A program made the position numbers and the translations under genes. This document shows positions 19,572 to 34,682 of a stretch of 34,682 nt of DNA, piece after piece. The notes under the pieces were generated by a model. It was not told the origin of the DNA and searched no databases. It saw only the letters and a list, made by a program, of their open reading frames with translations. The stretch's first letter is position 1, and each line of letters begins with the position of its first letter. Source of the stretch: Humibacter sp. (GTDB lineage Bacteria; Actinomycetota; Actinomycetes; Actinomycetales; Microbacteriaceae). Where the stretch lies: positions 1 through 34,682 of the forward strand of contig DASZMW010000061.1 in the NCBI GenBank assembly GCA_035551735.1, read 5' to 3'.

Positions 19572-20330
19572 ATGCGCACGATCGACGTGAATTGCGACCT
19601 TGGGGAGTCGTTCGGCGCCTGGACGATGGGCGACGACACGGCGATGCTCGACCTCGTCTCGAGCGCGAACGTGGCGTGCGGTTTTCACGGCGGCGATCCG
19701 GCGACCATGATCGCCACCTGCCGGGCGGCACGCGATCGCGGAGTCGTGATCGGCGCGCACGTGTCCTACCGCGATCTCGCCGGATTCGGACGCCGCTACG
19801 TCGACGCGAGCGAGGCCGAGGTGCACGCCGACGTGCTCTACCAGCTGAGCGCGATCGCCGGAGTCGCGGCATCCGTCGGCAGCGAGGTGCGCTACCTGAA
19901 GCCACACGGCGCCCTCTATAACCGCATCGTGACCGATCCCGTGCACGCGGTTGCCGTGGCGGATGCCGTCGCGGCGTTCCCCGCGAATCTCCCGGTGCTC
20001 GGACTGCCCGGCAGCACGATCGAGCGTGCGTGCCGCATGCGCGACGTGCCCTTCGTGCGCGAGGCGTTCATCGACCGCGCGTATCTCGCGGACGGATCGC
20101 TCGTTCCTCGTAGCCGCGCGGGCGCGGTGCTCGGTGCAGGGGACGGGGTCGCGGAGCGCGCCGTGCGCATGGTCGTGGACGGCGTGGTCGAGACGATCGA
20201 CGGGGAGACGATCGAACTGGATGCCACCTCGCTGTGCGTGCACGGCGACAGTCCGGATGCGGTGGCGATGGCATCCGCTGTGCGTCGCGCTCTGCAGGAG
20301 GCCGGCGTACGGGTCGAGGCGTTCGCGTGA
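19572..20330 (+). CDS. pxpA: 5-oxoprolinase subunit A (LamB/YcsF)
   Basis: IDVNCDLGESFG, SANVACGFHGGDP, YLKPHGALYN, EAFIDRAY, SLCVHGD. Confidence 0.95.
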   Translation: MRTIDVNCDLGESFGAWTMGDDTAMLDLVSSANVACGFHGGDPATMIATCRAARDRGVVIGAHVSYRDLAGFGRRYVDASEAEVHADVLYQLSAIAGVAASVGSEVRYLKPHGALYNRIVTDPVHAVAVADAVAAFPANLPVLGLPGSTIERACRMRDVPFVREAFIDRAYLADGSLVPRSRAGAVLGAGDGVAERAVRMVVDGVVETIDGETIELDATSLCVHGDSPDAVAMASAVRRALQEAGVRVEAFA

Positions 20331-20397
20331 GCCACGGTTGTCGTGAGCCGAGCGTCGTCGTGAACTGGGTGTCGTCGTGAACTGGGCGTCGCCGTGA
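20326..20397 (+). repeat. 16-17-bp tandem repeat of the CGTGA stop/start junction
   Basis: CGTGA at 20326, 20342, 20359, 20376 and 20393; unit GTCGTCGTGAACTGGG(T/C). Confidence 0.8.
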
Positions 20398-21980
20398 ACG
20401 CGAGTGCCGGCATCCGTCGGCTGGGCGATCGCGCGCTGCTGGCCGACCTGCCCGACCTCGAAACGGTGCTGGCCGCACGCGACGCGCTCGCTGCGAGTCG
20501 CCCTCACGGCGTCGACGATGTCGTTCCCGCTGCGCGCACAGTAGCGGTGCTGTTCGATCCGCAGCGTGTGTCTCTCGACGCCGTGCGCACGTGGTTGCAG
20601 CGCACGCTCGTCGACCTCGTGGGGCACGGCGGGCCCGCGAGCGATCAGGCGGGTCCCGAGGTCGTCATCGACGTCGTCTACGACGGCGAGGATCTCGCGG
20701 AAGCAGCCCGGCTCGTCGGCGTCTCCGTCGACGAGCTCGTCCGCAGGCACACCGCCGAGCGCTGGCGGGTCGCGTTCGACGGCTTCGCTCCCGGCTTCGG
20801 CTACCTGGTCGCCGACGGTGATTGGTTCGAGGTTCCGCGGCGGTCCAGCCCTCGCACGAAAGTGCCGACGGGATCAGTCGCGCTCGCCGGCGGATTCAGC
20901 GGCGTGTACCCGAGGGAGGGTCCGGGCGGCTGGCAGCTGATCGGCCGAACGGATGCCCCGCTCTGGCGCCCCCGCTCCTCACCTCCTGCGCTGCTCGCGC
21001 CGGGAACCGCCGTGAAGTTCCGCGTGGTCGACGCCCTCGCGGCAAACCCCGCCGCCCCTGACGCGGCCGCGCCCACCGCAGGAGCGCCCGGGGCCATCAG
21101 GCCCGCCTCCATCACGGTGCTGCGCGCCGGCCCGCAATTGCTCATCGAGGATCTCGGGCGGGTGGGATCCGCATCCATCGGCGCCGGACGCTCCGGCGCA
21201 CTCGACCGCGATGCCTTGCGATTGGCGAATCGCCTCGTCGGCAACCCCGAGGGTGCTGCAGGGCTGGAGGTTGTGGTCGGAGCCGAGCTGCGCTTCGAGC
21301 AGCCGACGTGGTTCGCGGTGACGGGCGCGAGGGGTGCGCTGGGGTTGGGCGGGCATCCGGTCGAGTCGGATGCCGCAGTGCACGCCGACACCGGCGATGT
21401 GTTGAACCTCGGTCTGGCAGAGCGCGGGCTCCGGTACGTGATCGCGGTGCGCGGCGGTGTGGATGCTCCGCTCGAGCTGGGATCGGCATCCACCGACCTG
21501 GGCGCTCGGCTCGGCCCAGCGCCGCTGATCGACGGCGACGCGATCGTCATCGGGGCGGCCACAGCATCGGGGATCCCCGCCGTGGATGCTCTCACCGTCT
21601 GGTCGCCACCCGACGACGAGGTGGACGTGCATGTGGTGCCAGGACCGCGCGAGGACTGGTTCGCACGAGACTCCGTCGAGGCCTTCTACGACACCGAGTG
21701 GGAGGTGACGCAGGCCTCGAATCGTGTCGGCATGCGGCTGCGCTCGCCGCGCGGAGTCTCGCTCGATCGGGCCGAACGTGTCGTGGCAGCCGAACTCGCC
21801 AGCGAGCCGATGGTGCCTGGCGCGATTCAGGTTCCGCCGTCCGGCGAGCCGACCGTACTGCTCGCCGATGGGCCGGTCACGGGAGGGTATCCGGTGATCG
21901 CCGTCGTGGCGGATGCCGACCTCGACGTCTTCGCGCAACTGCGGCCTGGCCAGAGCCTGCGTTTCCGCCACGCGCGCTGA
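20394..21980 (+). CDS. Fused 5-oxoprolinase subunits B and C (PxpB-PxpC)
   Basis: DVVPAARTV, GFAPGFGYL, GVYPREGPGGWQLIG, Ala/Pro linker, ANRLVGN, SNRVGMRL, GAIQVPPSG, TGGYPVIA. Confidence 0.92.
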   Translation: MNASAGIRRLGDRALLADLPDLETVLAARDALAASRPHGVDDVVPAARTVAVLFDPQRVSLDAVRTWLQRTLVDLVGHGGPASDQAGPEVVIDVVYDGEDLAEAARLVGVSVDELVRRHTAERWRVAFDGFAPGFGYLVADGDWFEVPRRSSPRTKVPTGSVALAGGFSGVYPREGPGGWQLIGRTDAPLWRPRSSPPALLAPGTAVKFRVVDALAANPAAPDAAAPTAGAPGAIRPASITVLRAGPQLLIEDLGRVGSASIGAGRSGALDRDALRLANRLVGNPEGAAGLEVVVGAELRFEQPTWFAVTGARGALGLGGHPVESDAAVHADTGDVLNLGLAERGLRYVIAVRGGVDAPLELGSASTDLGARLGPAPLIDGDAIVIGAATASGIPAVDALTVWSPPDDEVDVHVVPGPREDWFARDSVEAFYDTEWEVTQASNRVGMRLRSPRGVSLDRAERVVAAELASEPMVPGAIQVPPSGEPTVLLADGPVTGGYPVIAVVADADLDVFAQLRPGQSLRFRHAR

Positions 21981-22012
21981 GCGCCCGCGCTACTCGACCG
22001 GCGAGGCGGGCC

Positions 22013-22870
22013 TCAGTCCCTGAGCTGGAACACCGAGCGACCCGGCAGTGGCGACGCGACGGCCGTGTCGTCCGTGACCACCGACGCCCCAGCCACGAAC
22101 TGCCTCAGCTCGTCCCCGGCGACTGCCTTTGCAGGATGCGGCCCGCTCGCGAGCAGCCGCGGCAGCCAGTCCATCGGCAGCGCCGTGTTCGATCCGACGA
22201 GCACGAAGTTGCCGAACCGCTTGCCCTTCAGCACCTGGGTCTCCGCCAGCGCCGCGACGTGCTCGACGACCGACCCGAGAGTGGCAGCCTGGCCTCGCGC
22301 GAACGACAGCGGTGGGCCATCCGCAACGTTGACGAGCACGATCCCGTCAGGAGCGAGCAGCGAGACTGCCTCACGGTAGAACTCGACGCTCGTGACGTGA
22401 GCGGGGGTGCGCGCTCCGCTGAAGATGTCGATCACCAGCAGGTCGACGGTGCCGCGCAGCCCGCCCGGCAGCTTCGCGACGACCTCGCGGGCATCCCCGT
22501 GTCGCACCCTGATCTGTGCGTTGCGCGGCAGCGGCAGCTCCGCGCGCACCAGGTCGACGAGGTCCGTCTCCAACTCGATCACCTGCTGCCTGGAGCCGGG
22601 ACGCGTCGTCGCGACATACCTTGGCAGCGTCATCGCGCCCGCGCCGAGGTGCACGGCGGTGATCGGCTCACCCGGATCGCCGAGCAGATCGATCACGTTG
22701 CCCATGCGCTGCACGTACTCGAAGAACAGCCGAGTGGGGTCGTCGAGGTCGACGTGGGACTGCGGAGTGCCGTCCACCACGAGCTGGAAGGCGCCGGGGA
22801 CCCAGCGATCGGGCTCGATCACGGCGCGCAGCCCACTGTGCTTCAAAACGACCGACGGATGCTCAGGCAC
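22013..22870 (-). CDS. Spermidine synthase-like SAM-dependent methyltransferase
   Basis: VDGTPQSHVDL, FEYVQRM, HLGAGAMTLPRY, GDAR, IDIFSG, GNFVL; TAGGCT 6 nt before GTG. Confidence 0.88.
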   Translation of the reverse strand: MPEHPSVVLKHSGLRAVIEPDRWVPGAFQLVVDGTPQSHVDLDDPTRLFFEYVQRMGNVIDLLGDPGEPITAVHLGAGAMTLPRYVATTRPGSRQQVIELETDLVDLVRAELPLPRNAQIRVRHGDAREVVAKLPGGLRGTVDLLVIDIFSGARTPAHVTSVEFYREAVSLLAPDGIVLVNVADGPPLSFARGQAATLGSVVEHVAALAETQVLKGKRFGNFVLVGSNTALPMDWLPRLLASGPHPAKAVAGDELRQFVAGASVVTDDTAVASPLPGRSVFQLRD

Positions 22871-22895
22871 CGTCTAAGCCTATGGGCGGGAACAC

Positions 22896-22917
22896 ATCTC
22901 CACCCGATCTCCACCCG
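22896..22917 (+). promoter_or_regulatory. 11-bp perfect tandem repeat upstream of the membrane protein/TCS cluster
   Basis: ATCTCCACCCG x2. Confidence 0.4.
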
Positions 22918-23044
22918 TGGGCGGTGGGCCGGCGGCGGCGCTCCGACGAGAGTGGATGCACCGGGTCGCGCGAGACATCCGCTCGCGGCGCATCCCGCCA
23001 ACACCAAGTGACCATCGACGGATCGGTGGCCGAGAAGGAGCACA

Positions 23045-23593
23045 GTGTCCATCCAGCTCGTCAGCAACGCGATCATCATCATCGCGCTCGTGGTCTTCGT
23101 CGGCTATCGCCAGATGACATGGCGTGCCGTCGACCCCGCGCGCATGTGGCGCCTGCCGATCATCCTCGCGATCGTCGGCGTCGCCACTCTCGGCAGCATG
23201 ACGAAGGTGTCTCAGATCACCGGTGTCGACCTGGGGGTGCTGCTCGTCGAGTTGGTCATCTCGCTCGGTCTCGGCGCTCTGATGGGGGCGATCGCGACGT
23301 TCCGGCCGCTGACGGATGACGGCATCCGCCTCTATAGAGAGGCCCACGCCGGCGATCGCCGGCAGGGCAGCGCGAACGTCGCGTTCGAGACTCGCACCGG
23401 TTGGCTCGGCATGATGCTGTGGCTGGTGCTCATCGGGATGCGCGTCGGCATCGACTTCCTCGCCAGTGCTGCGGGGTCGACGCTCGCCGCATCCACAGGC
23501 GTCATCCTGCTGATGGTCGCCGCCAACCGCATCGCCCGTGTCGGCATCATCGTGTATCGCACCGGTCGCATCGCAGCCCCCGTCGGCGTCTGA
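23045..23593 (+). CDS. Integral membrane protein (CcdC/DUF1453-like)
   Basis: About 5 hydrophobic segments, YRQMTWR...WRLPIILAIVG; SD GAAGGAG. Confidence 0.8.
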   Translation: MSIQLVSNAIIIIALVVFVGYRQMTWRAVDPARMWRLPIILAIVGVATLGSMTKVSQITGVDLGVLLVELVISLGLGALMGAIATFRPLTDDGIRLYREAHAGDRRQGSANVAFETRTGWLGMMLWLVLIGMRVGIDFLASAAGSTLAASTGVILLMVAANRIARVGIIVYRTGRIAAPVGV

Positions 23594-23617
23594 CCGCAGC
23601 CCAGGGGGAGTTCGGCC

Positions 23618-23662
23618 AGGATGCCGGTGCCGTCGCAGGCTTCGTGGCGGCACCGGCATCCT
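23618..23662 (+). terminator. Long hairpin after the membrane-protein gene
   Basis: AGGATGCCGGTGCCGTCGC...GTGGCGGCACCGGCATCCT followed by CTTCCT. Confidence 0.6.
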
Positions 23663-23789
23663 CTTCCTCGTGTGCCGATCGGCTCGTCTCCGTTCGCCGA
23701 TCGACGATGGGGCAGGATGATGGTTCGGGAGTCGCGAGGGCCGGCGGGCGCCCCGATGCCCGGCTCGGCTCGCGACGGAAGGGGCGAGG

Positions 23790-25004
23790 ATGACGGCGTA
23801 TTCCCGCTCGTCGCGCCTTGGTCGCACGGGCTTCGGCGTCGCGCTCAACGCCTTCGGCATCGTGGTGGTGAGCACCTACCTCATCACGGAGCGGATCGCC
23901 GGCGACTTCTCAGCGTGGCCATTTCCGTTCGCGGTCGTCGCCATGGTCGCGTGGGTCGCCGTGCTGTTCGTGCCGGACGTGGGGCGGCTCGTTCTGCTCG
24001 TCCGCTTCCTCTTCTTCATCATGGTCGTCTTCGGAGCGCTCACCGCCTGGCCGACGAATGGCCTGATGATCGTGCCGGTGGTCTCAGCGATTCTCGTGAC
24101 GACCGGCGGACTCGAGGAGCCGGCCTGGCTGGGATACCTCTACGCGCTCATCGCAGCGGGACTCGTCGCGGCCGTGCCGGTCGCCGTCGCCATCACAGGC
24201 AGCGATGGCGTGACGGTCGAGGGCATCCTCTCGCTCGAGTTCGCGGTGGCGATCGCCGTGCTCGGCGGCGTCAACCGCAGACAGTCACGGGCGCGGCAGG
24301 AGTCGGCCGTCGAGCTTGCGGAGAGCGCGGCGAGTGTGCGCGAGGAGCAGGCGAAGGCGGCGACCCTCGCCGCCAGGCAGTCGCTGGCCCGCGACATGCA
24401 CGACGTGCTCGCGCACAGCCTCGGTGGCCTGGTCATCCAGCTCGACGCCGTCGAAGCCCAGCTCGAAGCCGGCAAGACGGATGCCGCCCTCGCCCGCCTG
24501 CACGACGCTCGCTCGATGGCGGCGTCGGGTCTGGCGGAGGCGAGGCGTGCCGTCGAGGCGCTGCGCTCGCCGACGGATGCTGCGGCGCCCGTCGCGTCCG
24601 CAGACCTCGGCGCGTCGCTGATCGACCTCGTCGACGCGCACGAACGCCTCGGCGGACGAGTCGAGTTCGAGCAGGTCGGATCCCCGCGCGACGTGCCTGA
24701 CGCGCTCGCGACGGCGCTTCGCCGAGCGCTGCAGGAGTCCCTGAGCAACGCACGCAAGCACGCACCGGGGGAGCCCGTGACCGTGCGGATCACATGGGAA
24801 GACCAGCGGGTGGAACTCAGGGTGAGCAATCCGATGCCGAAGGTCGAAGCAGCGGGCGGGCTCGCGGCATCCGGATCGGGACGAGGGCTCGCCGGCATGA
24901 GCGAGCGCTTCGCCGAACTGCCGGGTGGCGAGGTCGAGGCGCGTCGAGACGGTGGCGAGTTCACGGTGCGTGCGGGTGCCGCCGTGGGGAGCGCGAATGA
25001 GTGA
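23790..25004 (+). CDS. Membrane sensor histidine kinase (HisKA_3)
   Basis: TM region, LARDMHDVLAHSL, QESLSNARKHA, GRGLAGMSER. Confidence 0.93.
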   Translation: MTAYSRSSRLGRTGFGVALNAFGIVVVSTYLITERIAGDFSAWPFPFAVVAMVAWVAVLFVPDVGRLVLLVRFLFFIMVVFGALTAWPTNGLMIVPVVSAILVTTGGLEEPAWLGYLYALIAAGLVAAVPVAVAITGSDGVTVEGILSLEFAVAIAVLGGVNRRQSRARQESAVELAESAASVREEQAKAATLAARQSLARDMHDVLAHSLGGLVIQLDAVEAQLEAGKTDAALARLHDARSMAASGLAEARRAVEALRSPTDAAAPVASADLGASLIDLVDAHERLGGRVEFEQVGSPRDVPDALATALRRALQESLSNARKHAPGEPVTVRITWEDQRVELRVSNPMPKVEAAGGLAASGSGRGLAGMSERFAELPGGEVEARRDGGEFTVRAGAAVGSANE

Positions 25005-25602
25005 GGACACGTCGATGGGCGAAGGATCGATCGGAGCATCCGGGGCGGAGGGCGACGACGTGATCCGCGTAGTGGTCGCCGACGACCAGGCGATCGTGCG
25101 CGACGGGCTGGTGACCGTGCTCGACGGCGCGGGCGCCACCGCTCGCATCACGGCGGAGCATCCCTCTGTGGCGGTTCTCGTGCTCACCACCTACGCGGAC
25201 GACGCCTCCGTGATGGGTGCTCTGCGCGCCGGCGCCCGCGGGTATCTGACGAAGGATGCCTCCCGCGCCGAAGTCGCCGCCGCCGTGCGCTCCGTCGCCC
25301 GCGGCCAGACGACCCTCGCCGGTGAGGTGGGAGCGCGGCTGATCGGCGGGCTCACCGGTGCGGTGCCGCCGAGTGGCGAGGTGCCCGTCGCGCCATCCGT
25401 CGGGGAGTTGCGCAGCAGGCATCCGCAGCTCACCGCGCGGGAGGCGGAGGTGCTGGCGTTGGTGGCGCAAGGACGCAGCAATGCGGAGATCGCGGCATCC
25501 CTCTTCGTCAGCATGGCGACGGTGAAGACACACATCAACGCCCTCTTCGCGAAGCTGCAGGTGCGCGACCGCGCCCAGGCGATCGCCCTCGCCCGCTCGT
25601 AG
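24997..25602 (+). CDS. NarL/LuxR response regulator with internal in-frame deletion in the receiver domain (possible pseudogene)
   Basis: VVVADDQAIVRDGL, VLVLTTY, GARGYLTKDA, LTAREAEVL...TVKTHIN; the beta2-beta3 segment with the phospho-Asp is absent. Confidence 0.85.
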   Translation: MSEDTSMGEGSIGASGAEGDDVIRVVVADDQAIVRDGLVTVLDGAGATARITAEHPSVAVLVLTTYADDASVMGALRAGARGYLTKDASRAEVAAAVRSVARGQTTLAGEVGARLIGGLTGAVPPSGEVPVAPSVGELRSRHPQLTAREAEVLALVAQGRSNAEIAASLFVSMATVKTHINALFAKLQVRDRAQAIALARS

Positions 25603-25668
25603 CGGCGCCGTGGCCATCACACGTACTCCGCGGGCCGGATGCCGCGGGCAGGTTCCCGCGGATTGCAA

Positions 25669-25738
25669 CACGTTTTCAGGACATGTCGTCCCTCGTCCAC
25701 ACAGTATCGACGCCCGGCGTCATGTCCTGAAATACGGT
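25669..25738. repeat. Palindromic element family A, copy 2 (downstream of DUF559 gene)
   Basis: CACGTTTTCAGGACA (25669-25683), 39-nt spacer, TGTCCTGAAA (25723-25732) followed by degenerate TACGGTG. Confidence 0.88.
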
Positions 25739-25775
25739 GGCGTGGCGTGGCGTGGCGTGGCTGGGGTGGCGTGGC
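25737..25775. repeat. (GTGGC)n microsatellite
   Basis: Five perfect copies 25737-25761 plus two more at 25766-25775. Confidence 0.85.
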
Positions 25776-25821
25776 GAGCTCGCACGGGTCCCCGCGCGAG
25801 TTCCGACCGGATCGGGACCGA

Positions 25822-26670
25822 TCACAGCGAGACGACGGTGCCCGCGGAGCCGCCGCCTCGCCAGAGGTGCCGACGCGCTCTCACGATGGCGAGGATGAGC
25901 TCCTCGACCTTCGCCCATTCGAACATCACGTGCCGATACTTCAGACGCAACACGATGTATCCCTGTCGTATCAGCGCCATGTCGCGGTCGTAGTCCCGCA
26001 CCGACTGGTATCCGTCATGGAACCCGGCGCTGTCGCACTCGACGACCAGTCGATCTCCCACGAGGAGGTCGACCAATCCCACTCCTGCTATCTCGACCTG
26101 AGTTCGCACGCGGATGTTCTTGCGACGCAGTCGTACGCGGCTGAGGGATTCGGTGCCCGACTGGCTGGCGGGATCGCAGCATCTGGCGACCGCAGGAACG
26201 ACGGGACGAAGATCCTCGAGATGAAGGAGTCGGGCGTTCAGGGCCGAGTCCGCGATCGCGACGGCTTGTTCGAGTGGAAGGCAATGGGCGGCATCTTTCA
26301 CGACCTGGAGCGGGCTGGCGATCGCACGCGCGGTGAGCGTGCCCACCGCCCAGTGCAGGCACGTCTCGCGACCCTTCCGGCCCTGCGCTCCCGATGGTCG
26401 AAGTCGCGAAGCATTGCGCGCCACCAGGACGTGGAGCCTGTTGTCGTCCGGCGTCCACATGCCGTAGTGGCGGGTCGCGGATGCTGCAGTCAGCACGCCG
26501 CCGATATGCACGGCAGTCTTCGCGTCGACATCGGCCGCGGAACTGGCGTACCAGCCGCGGCGCACCCGCTCGAGGGTGCCGGCCGCGACGGCGTCCGCGA
26601 TCGAATATCGCGTGTATCCCATCGCGTGAAGCTCCGAAGTAGGGGTGATTCCGAGGGGCGGCTCAACCAT
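25822..26670 (-). CDS. AbiEi-like N-terminal HTH plus DUF559/Vsr-like PD-(D/E)XK endonuclease domain protein
   Basis: N-term ELHAMG...GTLERVRRGWY; middle AVAIADSAL, SQSGTES; C-term TQVEIAGVGLVDLLVGDRLVVECDSAGFH...RDYDRDMALIRQGYIVLRL. Confidence 0.88.
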   Translation of the reverse strand: MVEPPLGITPTSELHAMGYTRYSIADAVAAGTLERVRRGWYASSAADVDAKTAVHIGGVLTAASATRHYGMWTPDDNRLHVLVARNASRLRPSGAQGRKGRETCLHWAVGTLTARAIASPLQVVKDAAHCLPLEQAVAIADSALNARLLHLEDLRPVVPAVARCCDPASQSGTESLSRVRLRRKNIRVRTQVEIAGVGLVDLLVGDRLVVECDSAGFHDGYQSVRDYDRDMALIRQGYIVLRLKYRHVMFEWAKVEELILAIVRARRHLWRGGGSAGTVVSL

Positions 26671-26806
26671 GGTCTGCAGGATGCCTGCTTCGGAATCCGG
26701 GGGGTGAGAGCCTCGTCAAGACTGTGGACAGATGAGCGAGGTGGGTGCCTGGGGAGGAATGCCCCCGTAGGCCGAGGTGATGCGGCCCCGCCTCGTCCGG
26801 GCGCGA

Positions 26807-26875
26807 CACGTTTTCAGGACATGCTGCCGGCCATTCAATCAGCGTGGATGCCCCGCAGCATGTCCTGAAAACGTG
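26807..26875. repeat. Palindromic element family A, copy 3 (upstream of DUF559 gene)
   Basis: CACGTTTTCAGGACA (26807-26821), 39-nt spacer, TGTCCTGAAAACGTG (26861-26875); stem extends inward via TGCTGC/GCAGCA. Confidence 0.92.
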
Positions 26876-26882
26876 CCGGTCT

Positions 26883-27011
26883 GGTCGGCAGGTCGACAGG
26901 TCGGCAGGTCGGCAGGTCCGCCGGTGCCCGGCGACCGGCGCCTGGCGCCTGGCGGCCGGTGGGCGGGCTGGTGCCCGGTGGGCGGCCCGGTGCCCGGTGC
27001 CCGGTGGGCGG
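26883..27011. repeat. G-rich 8-mer then 7-mer tandem repeats
   Basis: (GGTCGGCA)x4-5 at 26883-26922, then GGTGCCC/GGCGCCT/GGTGGGC units. Confidence 0.75.
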
Positions 27012-27094
27012 TAGTCAAGGACCGGCGGAAGCAGGGAATAAACCCCGCGAACCTGCGCTTATACCCCTAGTCGTGTCCCAGGTCAAGAATCGAG

Positions 27095-27124
27095 TAGACA
27101 CGAACGGGTAAATGCGCATATACT
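27095..27124 (+). promoter_or_regulatory. SigA-type rpoBC promoter
   Basis: TAGACA (27095-27100)-N18-TATACT (27119-27124), about 210 nt upstream of the rpoB start. Confidence 0.7.
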
Positions 27125-27334
27125 CGTGCTTTGCGCTCCCACACACATGCCTTCATATTGCGGTCGGCTCGGCGTGTCTTCTGGTGTGTATACGGGCTCG
27201 GTTCCTCGGCGCGAGGAACGAGTCAGATAGAGCACAACGGCAAGCCACCACTGTAGCGGGAGACCTCGTCCACACCACAACCTGACCGACAGTCACCCGC
27301 GGTTCCTTCGAGGAACCCCATGGAGGTTATTTCC

Positions 27335-30862
<3,528 letters not shown>

Positions 30863-30906
30863 AGCCTGCCAAGACGTATTGACGAACTTTCTTACAAGGA
30901 GAGAAA

Positions 30907-34682
<3,776 letters not shown>

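Noticed and set aside
25822-26670. Type IV AbiE toxin-antitoxin pair or classical IS transposase
   Set aside because: No adjacent AbiEii nucleotidyltransferase, and no DDE, HUH or recombinase motifs are visible.
27035-27060. Second ECF (SigH-like) promoter upstream of rpoB
   Set aside because: GGAAT is followed at N18 by CTT, not GTT; too weak to call.

Overview
High-GC actinobacterial chromosome segment, Microbacteriaceae-like by RpoB/RpoC and gene content (inference). In order: a heterodimeric ABC exporter pair (first gene 5'-truncated), a vapBC-type TA pair, a Trp-rich hypothetical, NUDIX/DUF4916, GNAT, FBP_C zinc-finger protein, pgi, SDR, DEAD-box helicase, HelD-like ATPase, ComB-like phosphatase, a membrane-anchored hypothetical, DUF427, oxidoreductase with divergent TetR, CGNR zinc finger with divergent VOC, SprT-like protease, pxpA and a pxpB-C fusion, spermidine-synthase-like MTase, membrane protein plus two-component system, an AbiEi-HTH/DUF559 nuclease, rpoB and a 3'-truncated rpoC (absent from the ORF track). 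Main oddities: (1) the DUF559 nuclease gene is bracketed by two copies of a 69-bp palindromic element (15-bp arms, fixed 39-nt spacer), with a third solo copy 20 kb away, resembling a REP/RAYT arrangement with a different enzyme; (2) a second dispersed palindrome family; (3) the heptamer GGATGCC/GGCATCC is about 10-fold over-represented by hand count; (4) the response regulator lacks its phospho-acceptor segment through an in-frame deletion; (5) a 17-bp tandem repeat forms a GTGA stop/start relay between pxpA and pxpBC. All calls are by eye; no searches were run.
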